DNA of 60,909 bases from a virus (Duplodnaviria > Caudoviricetes): IMG/VR virus record IMGVR_UViG_3300020044_004119, positions 1 through 60,909 of that record; one strand, given 5' to 3'. The first letter of the stretch is position 1. The number at the start of each line of letters is the position of its first letter. A program made the translations under genes and the position numbers. Of the stretch, positions 35,133 through 44,563 are shown piece by piece. The notes under the pieces were generated by a model. It worked only from the letters and a program-made list of their open reading frames with translations, made no database searches and was not told the origin of the DNA.

Positions 35133-36230
35133 ATGACTGCAACTAACTTTGCAACTGGTGGTCCTAAGGCCGCCGCACGTAGCGCATCCGCTACTGGTAA
35201 TGCCGTAAACGCTGGTGAAAGAGAAGACCTAGCTAATTTCATCTCTATGATTAGCCGTGATGAGACTCCTTTCCTAAGCTCTATTGGTAAAACCAAAGCC
35301 ACCGCTGTTTTCCACGAATGGCAAACTGACGAACTAGCTGCTCCTTCATCTGGTGCTGTTGCTGAAGGTGTATCATACGCTACTCAGAACGCTGCCCAAG
35401 GTGCCGAGCCTTTCCGTACTCGTTTAGGTAACTACACCCAGATCAACTCCAAGACTGTTACCGTTACTGGTACTAAGCGTGCTGTTGACCAAGCCGGTGT
35501 TGCTGACGAATACGCATACCAGCTCAAGAAGCGCGGTACTGAAATGCGCCGTGACGTTGAGTTCGATCTAGTTAACAGCTGGAATAGCTCAAACGGTTCT
35601 GGTGTTCGTAAGTTTGGTGGTTACCAGGCTTGGATCAACACCGCCAGCACCGCTCTAAACGTACTAGCCACTCCCGGTGAGTACACTGCTCCTACCAATG
35701 CTGGTGGTGGTATTGCTGGTACTTTCGCTACTGTAACTTCTGCTGATAAAGTTTCACTACAGTTGTCACATGTTGACTCTGTTATGCAAGCTATCTACGA
35801 AAATGGTGGTAAGGCTACTAAGCTAATGGTTTCTCCATCAAACCGCCGTGTGTTCTCTGCTAAGGCACAGAGCGCTGGTTCTAGCTCAAGCAATGCTGGT
35901 GACGGTAACGTTCGCCGTAACATTGATGCTGATGGTAAGCTACGTCAATCCGTAGAAATCTACATGTCAGACTTCGGTGATATCATGGTTGTCCCTAACT
36001 ACGTTATGGGTATTGCCAATACCAGCGTTTCTGGTCTCGACAACACCGCTAACTTCAGCGCATTAGTGTATGATCCAATGTGGTTCAGCTACGCTTCACT
36101 ACGTCCTACCCAAGAAGTTGACTTAGGTCAGCTTGGTGATTCTATCATCGGTCAGATCGTTGAAGAAGGTACACTCGAATGCCGTAACCCTAAGGGTTGT
36201 GGTTTGATCTTTGGTCTATCTGGCCAGTGA
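35133..36230 (+). CDS. Major capsid protein (DUF5309-like)
   Basis: REDL..I...ETPF, HEWQTDEL, NYTQI, SDFG; strong SD and downstream terminator. Confidence 0.92.
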   Translation: MTATNFATGGPKAAARSASATGNAVNAGEREDLANFISMISRDETPFLSSIGKTKATAVFHEWQTDELAAPSSGAVAEGVSYATQNAAQGAEPFRTRLGNYTQINSKTVTVTGTKRAVDQAGVADEYAYQLKKRGTEMRRDVEFDLVNSWNSSNGSGVRKFGGYQAWINTASTALNVLATPGEYTAPTNAGGGIAGTFATVTSADKVSLQLSHVDSVMQAIYENGGKATKLMVSPSNRRVFSAKAQSAGSSSSNAGDGNVRRNIDADGKLRQSVEIYMSDFGDIMVVPNYVMGIANTSVSGLDNTANFSALVYDPMWFSYASLRPTQEVDLGQLGDSIIGQIVEEGTLECRNPKGCGLIFGLSGQ

Positions 36231-36249
36231 TCGGTAAGTAATACCTAAT

Positions 36250-36286
36250 AAAGGGGATGGGAGAAATCCTGTCCCTTTTTTATTTT
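36250..36286 (+). terminator. Intrinsic terminator after capsid gene
   Basis: AAGGGGATGGGA-GAAA-TCCTGTCCCTTT-TTTT. Confidence 0.85.
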
Positions 36287-36297
36287 AAGGAAACACA

Positions 36298-36540
36298 ATG
36301 CAAACTTTAAAAGTTACAGCAACGGATGGTACATCCAAACTAATCCCATTAGATAACGTATTAGAATTAGTAGTCGATACTAACTTTTTGATTACTAGTG
36401 TGAGTTATATTAATGGCAGCAATACCCCTGTTACAACAGCAGTAGCTGCATATACTGGCGTTAACGACAAGTATGAATACGGTCACTTAGAAGATGGCTA
36501 TATTTTCAGTGCGCACGTAGCTAACTACAAAACACGATAA
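36298..36540 (+). CDS. Hypothetical structural protein
   Basis: ORF with AAGGA SD. Confidence 0.7.
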   Translation: MQTLKVTATDGTSKLIPLDNVLELVVDTNFLITSVSYINGSNTPVTTAVAAYTGVNDKYEYGHLEDGYIFSAHVANYKTR

Positions 36541-36552
36541 ATAAGAGGACAC

Positions 36553-36876
36553 ATGGGCTTTCTATCACAAGAAAATAATAAGAATAGTTTTACTGTCAAA
36601 GAGGACAAAGAAGACTTTCGGTTAGAACAAGATGTAGCAACATATAAAGAGTATGCTGCACAACAAAGAGAATTAGACTCATTCTCACGGAATGGTCGTA
36701 CATACAGATCTTTTGCTATTATCCCTGATATTGTGGCTATTGATATTCTAACCAAGTATGGTTTAGATATTCATGGCCCAGAGTTTATGAGCGATCCAGC
36801 AAGTCTAAGACGACTGAAACAAATTATTGAATCGGACTACCCGTTACTTAAAACAAGTAACGTAAAAGCTTTATAA
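36553..36876 (+). CDS. Hypothetical structural-module protein
   Basis: ORF with GAGG SD. Confidence 0.75.
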   Translation: MGFLSQENNKNSFTVKEDKEDFRLEQDVATYKEYAAQQRELDSFSRNGRTYRSFAIIPDIVAIDILTKYGLDIHGPEFMSDPASLRRLKQIIESDYPLLKTSNVKAL

Positions 36877-36885
36877 GGAAAAGAT

Positions 36886-37755
36886 ATGGCAACACCTAGA
36901 TATGACGCTCTTGTAGCAAAAGTAAGAGATTGGTCTAATAAACCAGAAGCAAACACTATTAACGACAGCGTCATTCAGGATTGCTTATCTTATGCAGCTG
37001 ATGAGAGTTATCGTTTACTTCGTATCCCACCACTAGAAGAAACTATTACATATGTGGTAGGCGCTGAAGATAATACCGGTATTACAAATAACCAGTTATC
37101 CTACACTTCTTTTGATATCCCAGAAGACCTAACTCAATTTACTTACCTCAGAACTTTAGAAACCAGTACTCAAATGACTAAGGTGTTTAATGAGGTTACT
37201 GATAAAAGAACCTTCTTTGACCCGTATGCTGAAACCTATTCAGATAGCTTTTGGATGTGGCAAGACGGTAAGATCTTTATTAAACCACAGTTAGCTGTTG
37301 GCACTAAGGTGGAAATCCACTACTACAAAAGATTACCGGCTCTTAATGCAGTTTACAATGTCTTACCTATTAACTACCTAATTGGTTTGAGTGATGCTAC
37401 ACAACCCTATTTAACCTTAGTTACATCGGGTGGAACTAATCTTTATTTTTCTACTCTGAATTCTGTAGAAAAATGTTTCTCAACATATAGTTTAGCTGAA
37501 GCATATGCTACACCTGTAGTAACAAAAATGTATGTTGGTAATGAAGTTAGTAACTGGCTAAGAGATCAAAATGAACGACTGCTTATTTGGGGTGGTTTAT
37601 ATAATCTTGGTGCCTTTCTATTTGATGACAAAATGGAACAACGGTACCAAATGAAATTCCTTGAAGGTATTCAATCCTTAAATAAAGAAGAAAAATGGCG
37701 TAGAGCTTCTGGTGGTAATGTTCAAATTAACGTTAATACCAATGGTTTAATCTAA
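36886..37755 (+). CDS. Putative head-tail adaptor
   Basis: Position, and SNWL...LLIWG.L segment typical of podovirus adaptors. Confidence 0.6.
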   Translation: MATPRYDALVAKVRDWSNKPEANTINDSVIQDCLSYAADESYRLLRIPPLEETITYVVGAEDNTGITNNQLSYTSFDIPEDLTQFTYLRTLETSTQMTKVFNEVTDKRTFFDPYAETYSDSFWMWQDGKIFIKPQLAVGTKVEIHYYKRLPALNAVYNVLPINYLIGLSDATQPYLTLVTSGGTNLYFSTLNSVEKCFSTYSLAEAYATPVVTKMYVGNEVSNWLRDQNERLLIWGGLYNLGAFLFDDKMEQRYQMKFLEGIQSLNKEEKWRRASGGNVQINVNTNGLI

Positions 37756-37765
37756 AGGAGGTAGA

Positions 37766-39781
37766 ATGGCTTACGAACAAAAACCAGGCGTTACTGGTAA
37801 TACCTCCTACGGTGGTGAATACAATAACTTAGATACCGTAGATGCTCTTCAATATGACATTACTGCTGCTAACGCCGCCGCACAATCTTTGTTATCCGCT
37901 ACTGCTGCTGCTGCAAGTGCTGCTGCTGCTTTAGTAAGTGAAAATAATGCAGATACTTCAGAAGCTAATGCACTGACTTCTGCTAATAACGCAGATACTT
38001 CAGAAGCTAACGCGCTGACCTCCGCTAATAACGCTGCTGCAAGTGCTTCCGCTGCTTTAGTTAGCGCTAATAATGCAGATGTCTCAGAAGCTAATGCTTT
38101 GACTTCTGCTAATAACTCTGCAACCTCTGCTGCAGCTGCTTTAGTAAGCGAAAATAATGCTTCGACTTCTGCCAGTGTAGCAAACTCACAAGCAAATATT
38201 GCAACAACTCAAGCGGGCATTTCAACTACAAAAGCTGCAGAAGCTTCCGCAAGTGCTGCTGCTGCTTTGATTAGTGCTAACAACGCAGATATCTCAGCAG
38301 CTAATGCAGATACTTCAGAAGCTAATGCACTAGCATCTGCTAATGCTGCTGCATCTAGCGCAAACTCTGCCAATAACTACGCAACAAGTGCTTCTAATAG
38401 CGCATCCGCTGCAGCTACAAGCGAGACTAATGCACTGACCTCTGCTAATAATGCAGATACCTCAGAAGCTAATGCTTTACTATACTCAAACAACGCAGCT
38501 TCAAGTGCATCGGCTTCACAAACATCCGCAAACAACGCAGCCAACAGCGCCACTTCTGCGGCTAACTCAGCCACTGCTAGTGCTGCTAGCGCCGCTGAAG
38601 CAGCTGCAACTTTGGCAAATAAACTAGATAAAGCAAATAACTTATCTGAGTTAACAAATACCACTACTGCAAGAACCAATTTAGGTTTAGGAAGTTCAGC
38701 TACGCTAGACGCGGGTACAGCACTAGGTGTTGCTACACTAGATGCTGGTGGTACAGTGCCTTTATCCCAAATTCCCGCTTCCATTCAAGGTGGTGTATCC
38801 TACCAAGGATCTTGGAATGCATCAACTAATAGCCCAATTATTGTCTCAAGTGTTGGAGTTAAAGGTCATTACTACGTAGTATCAGTAGCTGGTAGTACCT
38901 CTATTAATGGTATCAGCGATTGGGTGCAGGGCGACTGGATTATCTTTAACGGGTTGGTCTGGGAACAGATTGATAACTCAGATATTGTTGCTTCAGTTAA
39001 TGGATATACAGGTGTAGTAAACCTTACATACACAGATGTAGGTGCAGCCTCTGCTGCCCAAGGCGCTAAAGCGGATACTGCAGTACAACCTAATACAGAC
39101 ACCACTTTAGACGATTTAACTGTAACGAGTTTACAGATCCAGGGTGGTATTGCTGATACTGGCGGATTGATTACTTGGAATACAGGTGATGGAACAGCTA
39201 ACCTTACACTTAAAGGTGGTAATGTAACATTACAATTAGGTCAAGAGGAAGTACAGAGAGTTTACAATAATACAGGGAGCACCCTTATTGACGGTCAAGT
39301 GGTGTATATTACAGGTGCTCAGGGTAATAGACTTACAGTTGCTTTAGCACAAGGTAATGCCGAATCTACTAGCTCTAAAACATTAGGTGTAGTTACTGAA
39401 ACTATATTGAATGGTGCTGAAGGCTTTATTACCATCTCGGGTTTAGTTCGTAACTTAGATACTTCTGCTATTCCCGAAGGTACCGCTATCTGGTTATCTC
39501 CAACTGTACCCGGTGGATACACTACAACAAAGCCTGTTGCACCACAACACTTAGTTCAAGTTGGTTGGGTAGTAAGGTCACATGCGACTGTTGGTTGTAT
39601 CTATGTAAGAGTTGCTAATGGTTATGAGATGGATGAGCTACATGATGTCTTAATTACGAGTAAAGCAACAGGGCATATCTTAGTATACAACTCCACACTA
39701 GGTGTATGGGAAAATAAATTAGGAACCAGTTTGTATGATGTTGCAGGTACAGGTATTGCAATGAGTATTGCTTTGGGTTAA
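37766..39781 (+). CDS. Tail fibre protein with Ala/Ser/Asn-rich repeats
   Basis: Repeated NNADTSEANALTSA; KANNLSEL..ARTNLGLG; YQGSWNASTN; VASVNGYTGVV. Confidence 0.8.
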   Translation: MAYEQKPGVTGNTSYGGEYNNLDTVDALQYDITAANAAAQSLLSATAAAASAAAALVSENNADTSEANALTSANNADTSEANALTSANNAAASASAALVSANNADVSEANALTSANNSATSAAAALVSENNASTSASVANSQANIATTQAGISTTKAAEASASAAAALISANNADISAANADTSEANALASANAAASSANSANNYATSASNSASAAATSETNALTSANNADTSEANALLYSNNAASSASASQTSANNAANSATSAANSATASAASAAEAAATLANKLDKANNLSELTNTTTARTNLGLGSSATLDAGTALGVATLDAGGTVPLSQIPASIQGGVSYQGSWNASTNSPIIVSSVGVKGHYYVVSVAGSTSINGISDWVQGDWIIFNGLVWEQIDNSDIVASVNGYTGVVNLTYTDVGAASAAQGAKADTAVQPNTDTTLDDLTVTSLQIQGGIADTGGLITWNTGDGTANLTLKGGNVTLQLGQEEVQRVYNNTGSTLIDGQVVYITGAQGNRLTVALAQGNAESTSSKTLGVVTETILNGAEGFITISGLVRNLDTSAIPEGTAIWLSPTVPGGYTTTKPVAPQHLVQVGWVVRSHATVGCIYVRVANGYEMDELHDVLITSKATGHILVYNSTLGVWENKLGTSLYDVAGTGIAMSIALG

Positions 39782-39797
39782 ATATAAAGGAAAATAA

Positions 39798-40124
39798 ATG
39801 GCAAACACATTTAAAAATTATGTACTACCTAACGTAGGTACATCTGCAACTACCGTCTTAACTGGCGCAACTGGTGCTCAAACAACTATTATTGGTATGA
39901 CATGCGCCAATACAACTGCAATTAACGTCACGGTTTCTGTACTACTTACCAGTGGCGGTAGCACTGTGTATCTGGTAAAAAACGCTACAGTATTACCCGG
40001 TGGTGCTTTGGTGCCTGTTGGTGGTGATCAAAAAGTAGTGGTGTCTGCAGGGAATACTTTACAAGTACAGTCTTCTGCAGCCAGTTCTTTGGATGTATGT
40101 CTTAGCGTATTGGAGATTACATAA
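39798..40124 (+). CDS. Tail-associated small structural protein
   Basis: MANTFKN...VLEIT in the tail fibre cluster. Confidence 0.7.
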   Translation: MANTFKNYVLPNVGTSATTVLTGATGAQTTIIGMTCANTTAINVTVSVLLTSGGSTVYLVKNATVLPGGALVPVGGDQKVVVSAGNTLQVQSSAASSLDVCLSVLEIT

Positions 40125-41260
40125 TGGGAATGATTGGTAATGCACCTTATTTAGGTATTGTTAACGGTGGTAATATTGCTGATGGTAGTATTACCGCCAG
40201 TGATATGGCTAATCGTGGTAACGAGTTTGGGTACCGCAACCGCATCATCAACGGTGACATGCGGATTGACCAGAGGAATAATGGGGCGAGTGTGACGCCG
40301 GCAGCCACGGGGTACACATATTCCGTTGATCGTTGGAGTACATACTGCACCGCCATTGGGAAATTTAGCTTTCAACAAAACGCTGGTGCTGTAGTCCCGC
40401 CAACTGGATTCCAGAAATACCTTGGCTTTACCTCACTTGCGGCAACTTCAGTTGGAGCAAGTGACCTCTACGCTTTCAAGCAAGCCATCGAGGGATTGAA
40501 TTCTGCTGATTTGAATTTTGGCTCTGTCAGCGCGCCCCCAATTACCATTTCTTTTTGGGTGCGCTCGTCTCTGACTGGCACATTCGGAGGGTCGTTAAAC
40601 AACGGGGGAAATACCCGATGCTACCCGTTCACATACACAATCAGCTCGGCAAATACATGGGAGCAAAAGACAATCACGGTTGTCGGTGACACCACTGGAG
40701 CATGGGAAACAAACACATCCACAGGGGTTCAGTTGTTTTTTGGCCTCGGGGTGGGGTCTTCTTCGCAAGGAACCGCGAACACTTGGCAGACCAGCGTAGG
40801 AGGCGTGTTCGGCCCGGCAGGCGCAACCTCAGTAGTCGGCACAAGCGGAGCCACCTTCTACATCACCGGAGTCCAACTGGAAGCAGGTACTGTTGCAACC
40901 CCGTTTGAGCGCAGGGACTACGGACGTGAGTTGATGATGTGTCAGCGGTATTACGCCAAGACTTTTACCCCTGAAACGGCCCCTGCTCAAAACGCAGGAA
41001 ACAACGGGGCTATTGGTTTTATTTCACAAGCTCCGCAGCCATGGGATGCCATGTGGAAATTCCCGGTTGAGATGAGGGCGCAGCCAACTATTATAACATA
41101 CTCCACTAACGCCGCATCATCAAACTGGTCAACAAACACATACACGCCAACAGCCAGTACTGTCGCATTAGGAACAGGAGTGTTAATCCTTCGAGCGAGT
41201 GGTATTGGCGCTGGGGGGTATGGTTTCACCATTCATATCACGGCCAACTCGGAGCTATAA
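40124..41260 (+). CDS. Receptor-binding/tail fibre protein, copy 1
   Basis: RNRIINGDMRIDQR...ITGVQLEAG..ATPFERR...CQRYY. Confidence 0.75.
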   Translation: MGMIGNAPYLGIVNGGNIADGSITASDMANRGNEFGYRNRIINGDMRIDQRNNGASVTPAATGYTYSVDRWSTYCTAIGKFSFQQNAGAVVPPTGFQKYLGFTSLAATSVGASDLYAFKQAIEGLNSADLNFGSVSAPPITISFWVRSSLTGTFGGSLNNGGNTRCYPFTYTISSANTWEQKTITVVGDTTGAWETNTSTGVQLFFGLGVGSSSQGTANTWQTSVGGVFGPAGATSVVGTSGATFYITGVQLEAGTVATPFERRDYGRELMMCQRYYAKTFTPETAPAQNAGNNGAIGFISQAPQPWDAMWKFPVEMRAQPTIITYSTNAASSNWSTNTYTPTASTVALGTGVLILRASGIGAGGYGFTIHITANSEL

Positions 41261-41263
41261 ATC

Positions 41264-41434
41264 ATGTACCAACTTTGTCCTGACACCCTAATGGGCGCAG
41301 CAACCTGCATCAAGCGCATTGCTGATAGTGCCTTCATTCCCTTTGACCCCGCCAACACAGACTACCAAGCATACCTCCAATGGCTATCCTTAGGTAACAC
41401 CCCACAACCACCAGACAACAAAGGAACACAATAA
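41264..41434 (+). CDS. Small partner/chaperone of tail fibre copy 1 (56 aa)
   Basis: Manual ORF MYQL...IKRIADSAFIPFDPANTDYQAYLQWL. Confidence 0.75.
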   Translation: MYQLCPDTLMGAATCIKRIADSAFIPFDPANTDYQAYLQWLSLGNTPQPPDNKGTQ

Positions 41435-42190
41435 ATGTCATACATTGGTAACAGTCCCGGTGTTGCCTCCCAAAGGATTGTTACTTCCTTTACGGCAACA
41501 TCTGGGCAAACATTATTTACACTATCATCGGGATATTCTTTGGGATATCTTGATGTATTTCTTAACGGCGTTAAACTTTCAAATAGTGGTTCTGACTATA
41601 TTGCCACTAACGGTACTTCAATGACACTCACACAAGCTGCTGCTTCAGGTGATATTGTTGAGTGCGTTGCTTACTTACCCAGAGGATTGTCTGATGGGTA
41701 CTTGAAGAGCGAAGCTGATGCTCGATATCTCAGTTCCACAAACGGTTCTGTGACTCAAGCCAAGTTAGCCGCTGGTGTAGCTGGTAATGGGCCTGCATTT
41801 AGTGCTTATCCAAGCTCTCCTCAGTCGGTGACACTAAGCACAGCAACAAAAATTCTTTTTGGCACTGAAGATTTTGATACCAATGGCAATTTTGCATCAA
41901 GCCGTTTTACACCAACCGTGGCAGGGTACTACCAAATCTCAGGTGGTATTCAAGTTGCGACGGCCTTAACAAACATACTCCTGTTTATCTATAAAAATGG
42001 AGCATCCATCAAACTTTTACAGTACACCTCCTCCAGCGCTGGTTCTGCAAGCGGTTCGATGCTTGTTTACCTGAACGGCTCAACCGACTATTTGGAACTG
42101 TACGCAGCAATTGGGGTTACTCAAAACTTATCAGATGGCCCCGCAGCGGGCACGTTTTTTCAAGCCTTCCTCGCACGGAGCGCAACATGA
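41435..42190 (+). CDS. Tail fibre-like protein with C1q/TNF-like C-terminus
   Basis: MSYIGN N-terminus; PAFSAY...FDT...RFTPTVAGYY...DYLELY. Confidence 0.7.
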   Translation: MSYIGNSPGVASQRIVTSFTATSGQTLFTLSSGYSLGYLDVFLNGVKLSNSGSDYIATNGTSMTLTQAAASGDIVECVAYLPRGLSDGYLKSEADARYLSSTNGSVTQAKLAAGVAGNGPAFSAYPSSPQSVTLSTATKILFGTEDFDTNGNFASSRFTPTVAGYYQISGGIQVATALTNILLFIYKNGASIKLLQYTSSSAGSASGSMLVYLNGSTDYLELYAAIGVTQNLSDGPAAGTFFQAFLARSAT

Positions 42191-42363
42191 CCTCACTATA
42201 CGAACGCATCATCGCCCTGTACCCTGAACTCACAGACCGTGACTTCATGACCGTCATCCGCCTCCAGAATGACTCTGATGGCAAAGGTGATTTCATTGCT
42301 GCATGGGAGCACCCGGTGTTTCCTAGACCAACACCAGAACAACTTGAAGGAGCAACACAATGA
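42187..42363 (+). CDS. Small XkdW-like partner protein (58 aa)
   Basis: Manual ORF ...LQNDSDGKGDFIAAWEHPVFPRPTPEQL; ATGA overlaps at both ends. Confidence 0.7.
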   Translation: MTSLYERIIALYPELTDRDFMTVIRLQNDSDGKGDFIAAWEHPVFPRPTPEQLEGATQ

Positions 42364-43370
42364 CACGCTCAAGAGAATTAGCGGAACTAGCTTCTGCATA
42401 TGACAGCGGGAACTCTTTAGGCTTCCGCAACCGCATCATCAACGGTGAAATGCGGATTGACCAGCGAAATGCTGGGGCGAGTGTGACTGTTAATACAGGC
42501 GGAGCGTTTTACGCCGTAGATAGGTTTCGAATTAGCGCGGTCGCTTCTGCTGGTGTGTTCACAGGGCAGCGAGTTACAGACGCGCCTGCCGAATTTAATT
42601 CTTCCATGAAGGTCACCGTAACCACGGCAGACGCATCCCTTGCGGCCTCCGATGCCTATTACTGCCTGCAAGATATTGAAGGAAACAACGTAGCCGACTT
42701 TAAGTTGGGTACTGCAAACGCCGTCACGTTTACACTTTCATTTTGGGTCAAGTCCAGTTTAACAGGGACGTTCGGCGCATCCTTCTCAAACAATGATGCA
42801 ACTCGGTCTTACCCGTTTAGCTACACGGTCAATGCAGCCAACACATGGGAAAAGAAAACGGTAACGGTAGCTGGCGACACAACAGGCACTTGGGACACAG
42901 GAACAGGGCGTGGTCTTCGGGTCATTTTCAGCTTGGGTGTGGGGTCTGATTTCACAGGAACCGCTAACCAGTGGAACGGTGCTTTTGATCTTGCTCCTGC
43001 TGGTGCGGTTAATGTTATGGCGACCAATGCCGCAACATGGCAGATCACAGGCGTACAGCTTGAAGCAGGCAGCGTAGCAACCCCGTTTGAGCGCAGGGAC
43101 TATGGGCGTGAGCTACAAATGTGTCAACGGTATTACGAAGCTGGTAATGCGAAATGGTATGTACCAAACTCAGGGGCTACTAATATGTTTGCCACTGTTT
43201 CCTACAAGGTAAATAAACGAACATACCCAGTCGTTGCATTTAACAGCACAGGTATTGTTGGTGGTTATCACGCAATGACTACCGTTGAAACCAACTACAC
43301 GGATTCTTTTGCTGGACAGACTCCGGGTGATGAACTGAACTTTGGTTGGACCTCTTCCGCAGAACTTTAA
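42360..43370 (+). CDS. Receptor-binding/tail fibre protein, copy 2
   Basis: Clear paralog of 40124-41260. Confidence 0.75.
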   Translation: MTRSRELAELASAYDSGNSLGFRNRIINGEMRIDQRNAGASVTVNTGGAFYAVDRFRISAVASAGVFTGQRVTDAPAEFNSSMKVTVTTADASLAASDAYYCLQDIEGNNVADFKLGTANAVTFTLSFWVKSSLTGTFGASFSNNDATRSYPFSYTVNAANTWEKKTVTVAGDTTGTWDTGTGRGLRVIFSLGVGSDFTGTANQWNGAFDLAPAGAVNVMATNAATWQITGVQLEAGSVATPFERRDYGRELQMCQRYYEAGNAKWYVPNSGATNMFATVSYKVNKRTYPVVAFNSTGIVGGYHAMTTVETNYTDSFAGQTPGDELNFGWTSSAEL

Positions 43371-43379
43371 GGAACCGTC

Positions 43380-43545
43380 ATGTATCAACTTCAATCTGAA
43401 CAATATGGCAAGCCAGCAACCTGCATCAAGCGCATTGCTGACAACGCCTTTATCCCCCTTCGACCCGCAAAACACAGATTACGCTGCTTATCTGAAGTGG
43501 CTGGCAGAGGGCAATCAACCACTACCCCCTAACCAAGAGCCTTAA
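43380..43545 (+). pseudogene. Frameshifted paralog of 41264-41434
   Basis: Extra C in the run at 43454-43458 splits MYQL...DNAFIP from FDPQNTDYAAYLKWL. Confidence 0.7.
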
Positions 43546-43546
43546 T

Positions 43547-43741
43547 ATGTCAACAACACTACAACACACAACAGAAACGGGGGTATCAATGGTTACAAAA
43601 TCAGCCGCCCCTATTACCGTTTCATTAGCTACAGTTGCTGGCTATCAAGTATCAGAAATCCTTTTATGGTGTACTTTAATTTACACTATCTTAATGATAT
43701 GCCATAAATTATATTCTATATATAAGGATATTACTAAATGA
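43547..43741 (+). CDS. Putative holin
   Basis: Small hydrophobic protein directly before the endolysin. Confidence 0.5.
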   Translation: MSTTLQHTTETGVSMVTKSAAPITVSLATVAGYQVSEILLWCTLIYTILMICHKLYSIYKDITK

Positions 43742-44121
43742 CCTTTTCCTTCAGTCAAAGAAGTAAAGACAGATTAGCTACTACCCATGAAAAGTTACAA
43801 GAACTATTTAATGCAGCTATTACTAATAGCCCATTTGACTTTGGAATTACCCAAGGAATACGTACCAAAGAAGAACAACAAAAACTATTTAATGAAGGTA
43901 AGTCACAAACATTAAATAGCAGACATCTTACAGGTAAAGCTGTGGATATTGCTGTGTTCATTGATGGTAAGTTAACTTGGGATTTTGATAAATATAGACA
44001 AGTAGCTGATCATATTAAGTCTGTAGCTTCTGAACTAAAGATACCTATTGTCTGGGGTGGGGATTGGATTTCTTTTAAAGATGGCCCTCACTTTGAGCTT
44101 AACAGAAAGGACTACCCATGA
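43738..44121 (+). CDS. Endolysin, M15 (L-Ala-D-Glu) peptidase
   Basis: GIRT..EQ, SRHLTGKAVDI, WGGDW..FKDGPHFEL. Confidence 0.92.
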   Translation: MTFSFSQRSKDRLATTHEKLQELFNAAITNSPFDFGITQGIRTKEEQQKLFNEGKSQTLNSRHLTGKAVDIAVFIDGKLTWDFDKYRQVADHIKSVASELKIPIVWGGDWISFKDGPHFELNRKDYP

Positions 44122-44525
44122 TAGCGGATGTACTACTAGGTTTTGGTGGAAAACTTTTAGACAAGTTCTTCCCAGATCCTATCCAAAAAGCAGAAGCGCA
44201 AGCTAAGCTTATTGAATTAGCGCAGTCAGGTGAACTAGCTAAGATGGCTAATGAGACTGACTTATACAAGACAGAACAAAATAACTTGACAGCTCGTCTT
44301 CAGGCAGATACCGCTACAGACAGCTGGCTACCTCGTAATATCCGACCACTAACCCTAGTTTATATTTTGGTAGCATATCTTTTACTTGCTCTTCTGGATG
44401 CAGGTACTTTAGACATCGCTGATTCATTTATTGAACTACTAGGTCAATGGGGTATGCTTGTTATGTCTTTTTACTTCGGTGGAAGGACACTAGAGAAAAT
44501 TATGGAAATTAAGAACCGACCCTAA
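44118..44525 (+). CDS. Holin-like membrane protein (3TM holin family)
   Basis: DSWLPRNIRP, two C-terminal TM helices, FYFGGRTLEK. Confidence 0.7.
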   Translation: MIADVLLGFGGKLLDKFFPDPIQKAEAQAKLIELAQSGELAKMANETDLYKTEQNNLTARLQADTATDSWLPRNIRPLTLVYILVAYLLLALLDAGTLDIADSFIELLGQWGMLVMSFYFGGRTLEKIMEIKNRP

Positions 44526-44541
44526 TCGGTACCTAATAGAG
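44522..44541 (+). promoter_or_regulatory. Putative phage RNAP promoter (phoH/tail/ejection block)
   Basis: CTAATCGGTACCTAATAGAG. Confidence 0.7.
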
Positions 44542-44563
44542 ATTAACAAATAAAGGACTAACG

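Noticed and set aside
36229-36250. Additional phage promoter copy (also near 31033-31050)
   Set aside because: CGGTA and CCTAATA halves are mis-spaced relative to the consensus
37900-38620. CRISPR-like or non-coding repeat array
   Set aside because: In-frame Ala/Ser/Asn peptide repeats of a tail fibre, with no repeat-spacer structure
40124-43370. Diversity-generating retroelement
   Set aside because: No reverse transcriptase seen; the repeats are coding paralogs rather than a template/variable pair with adenine-specific mismatches
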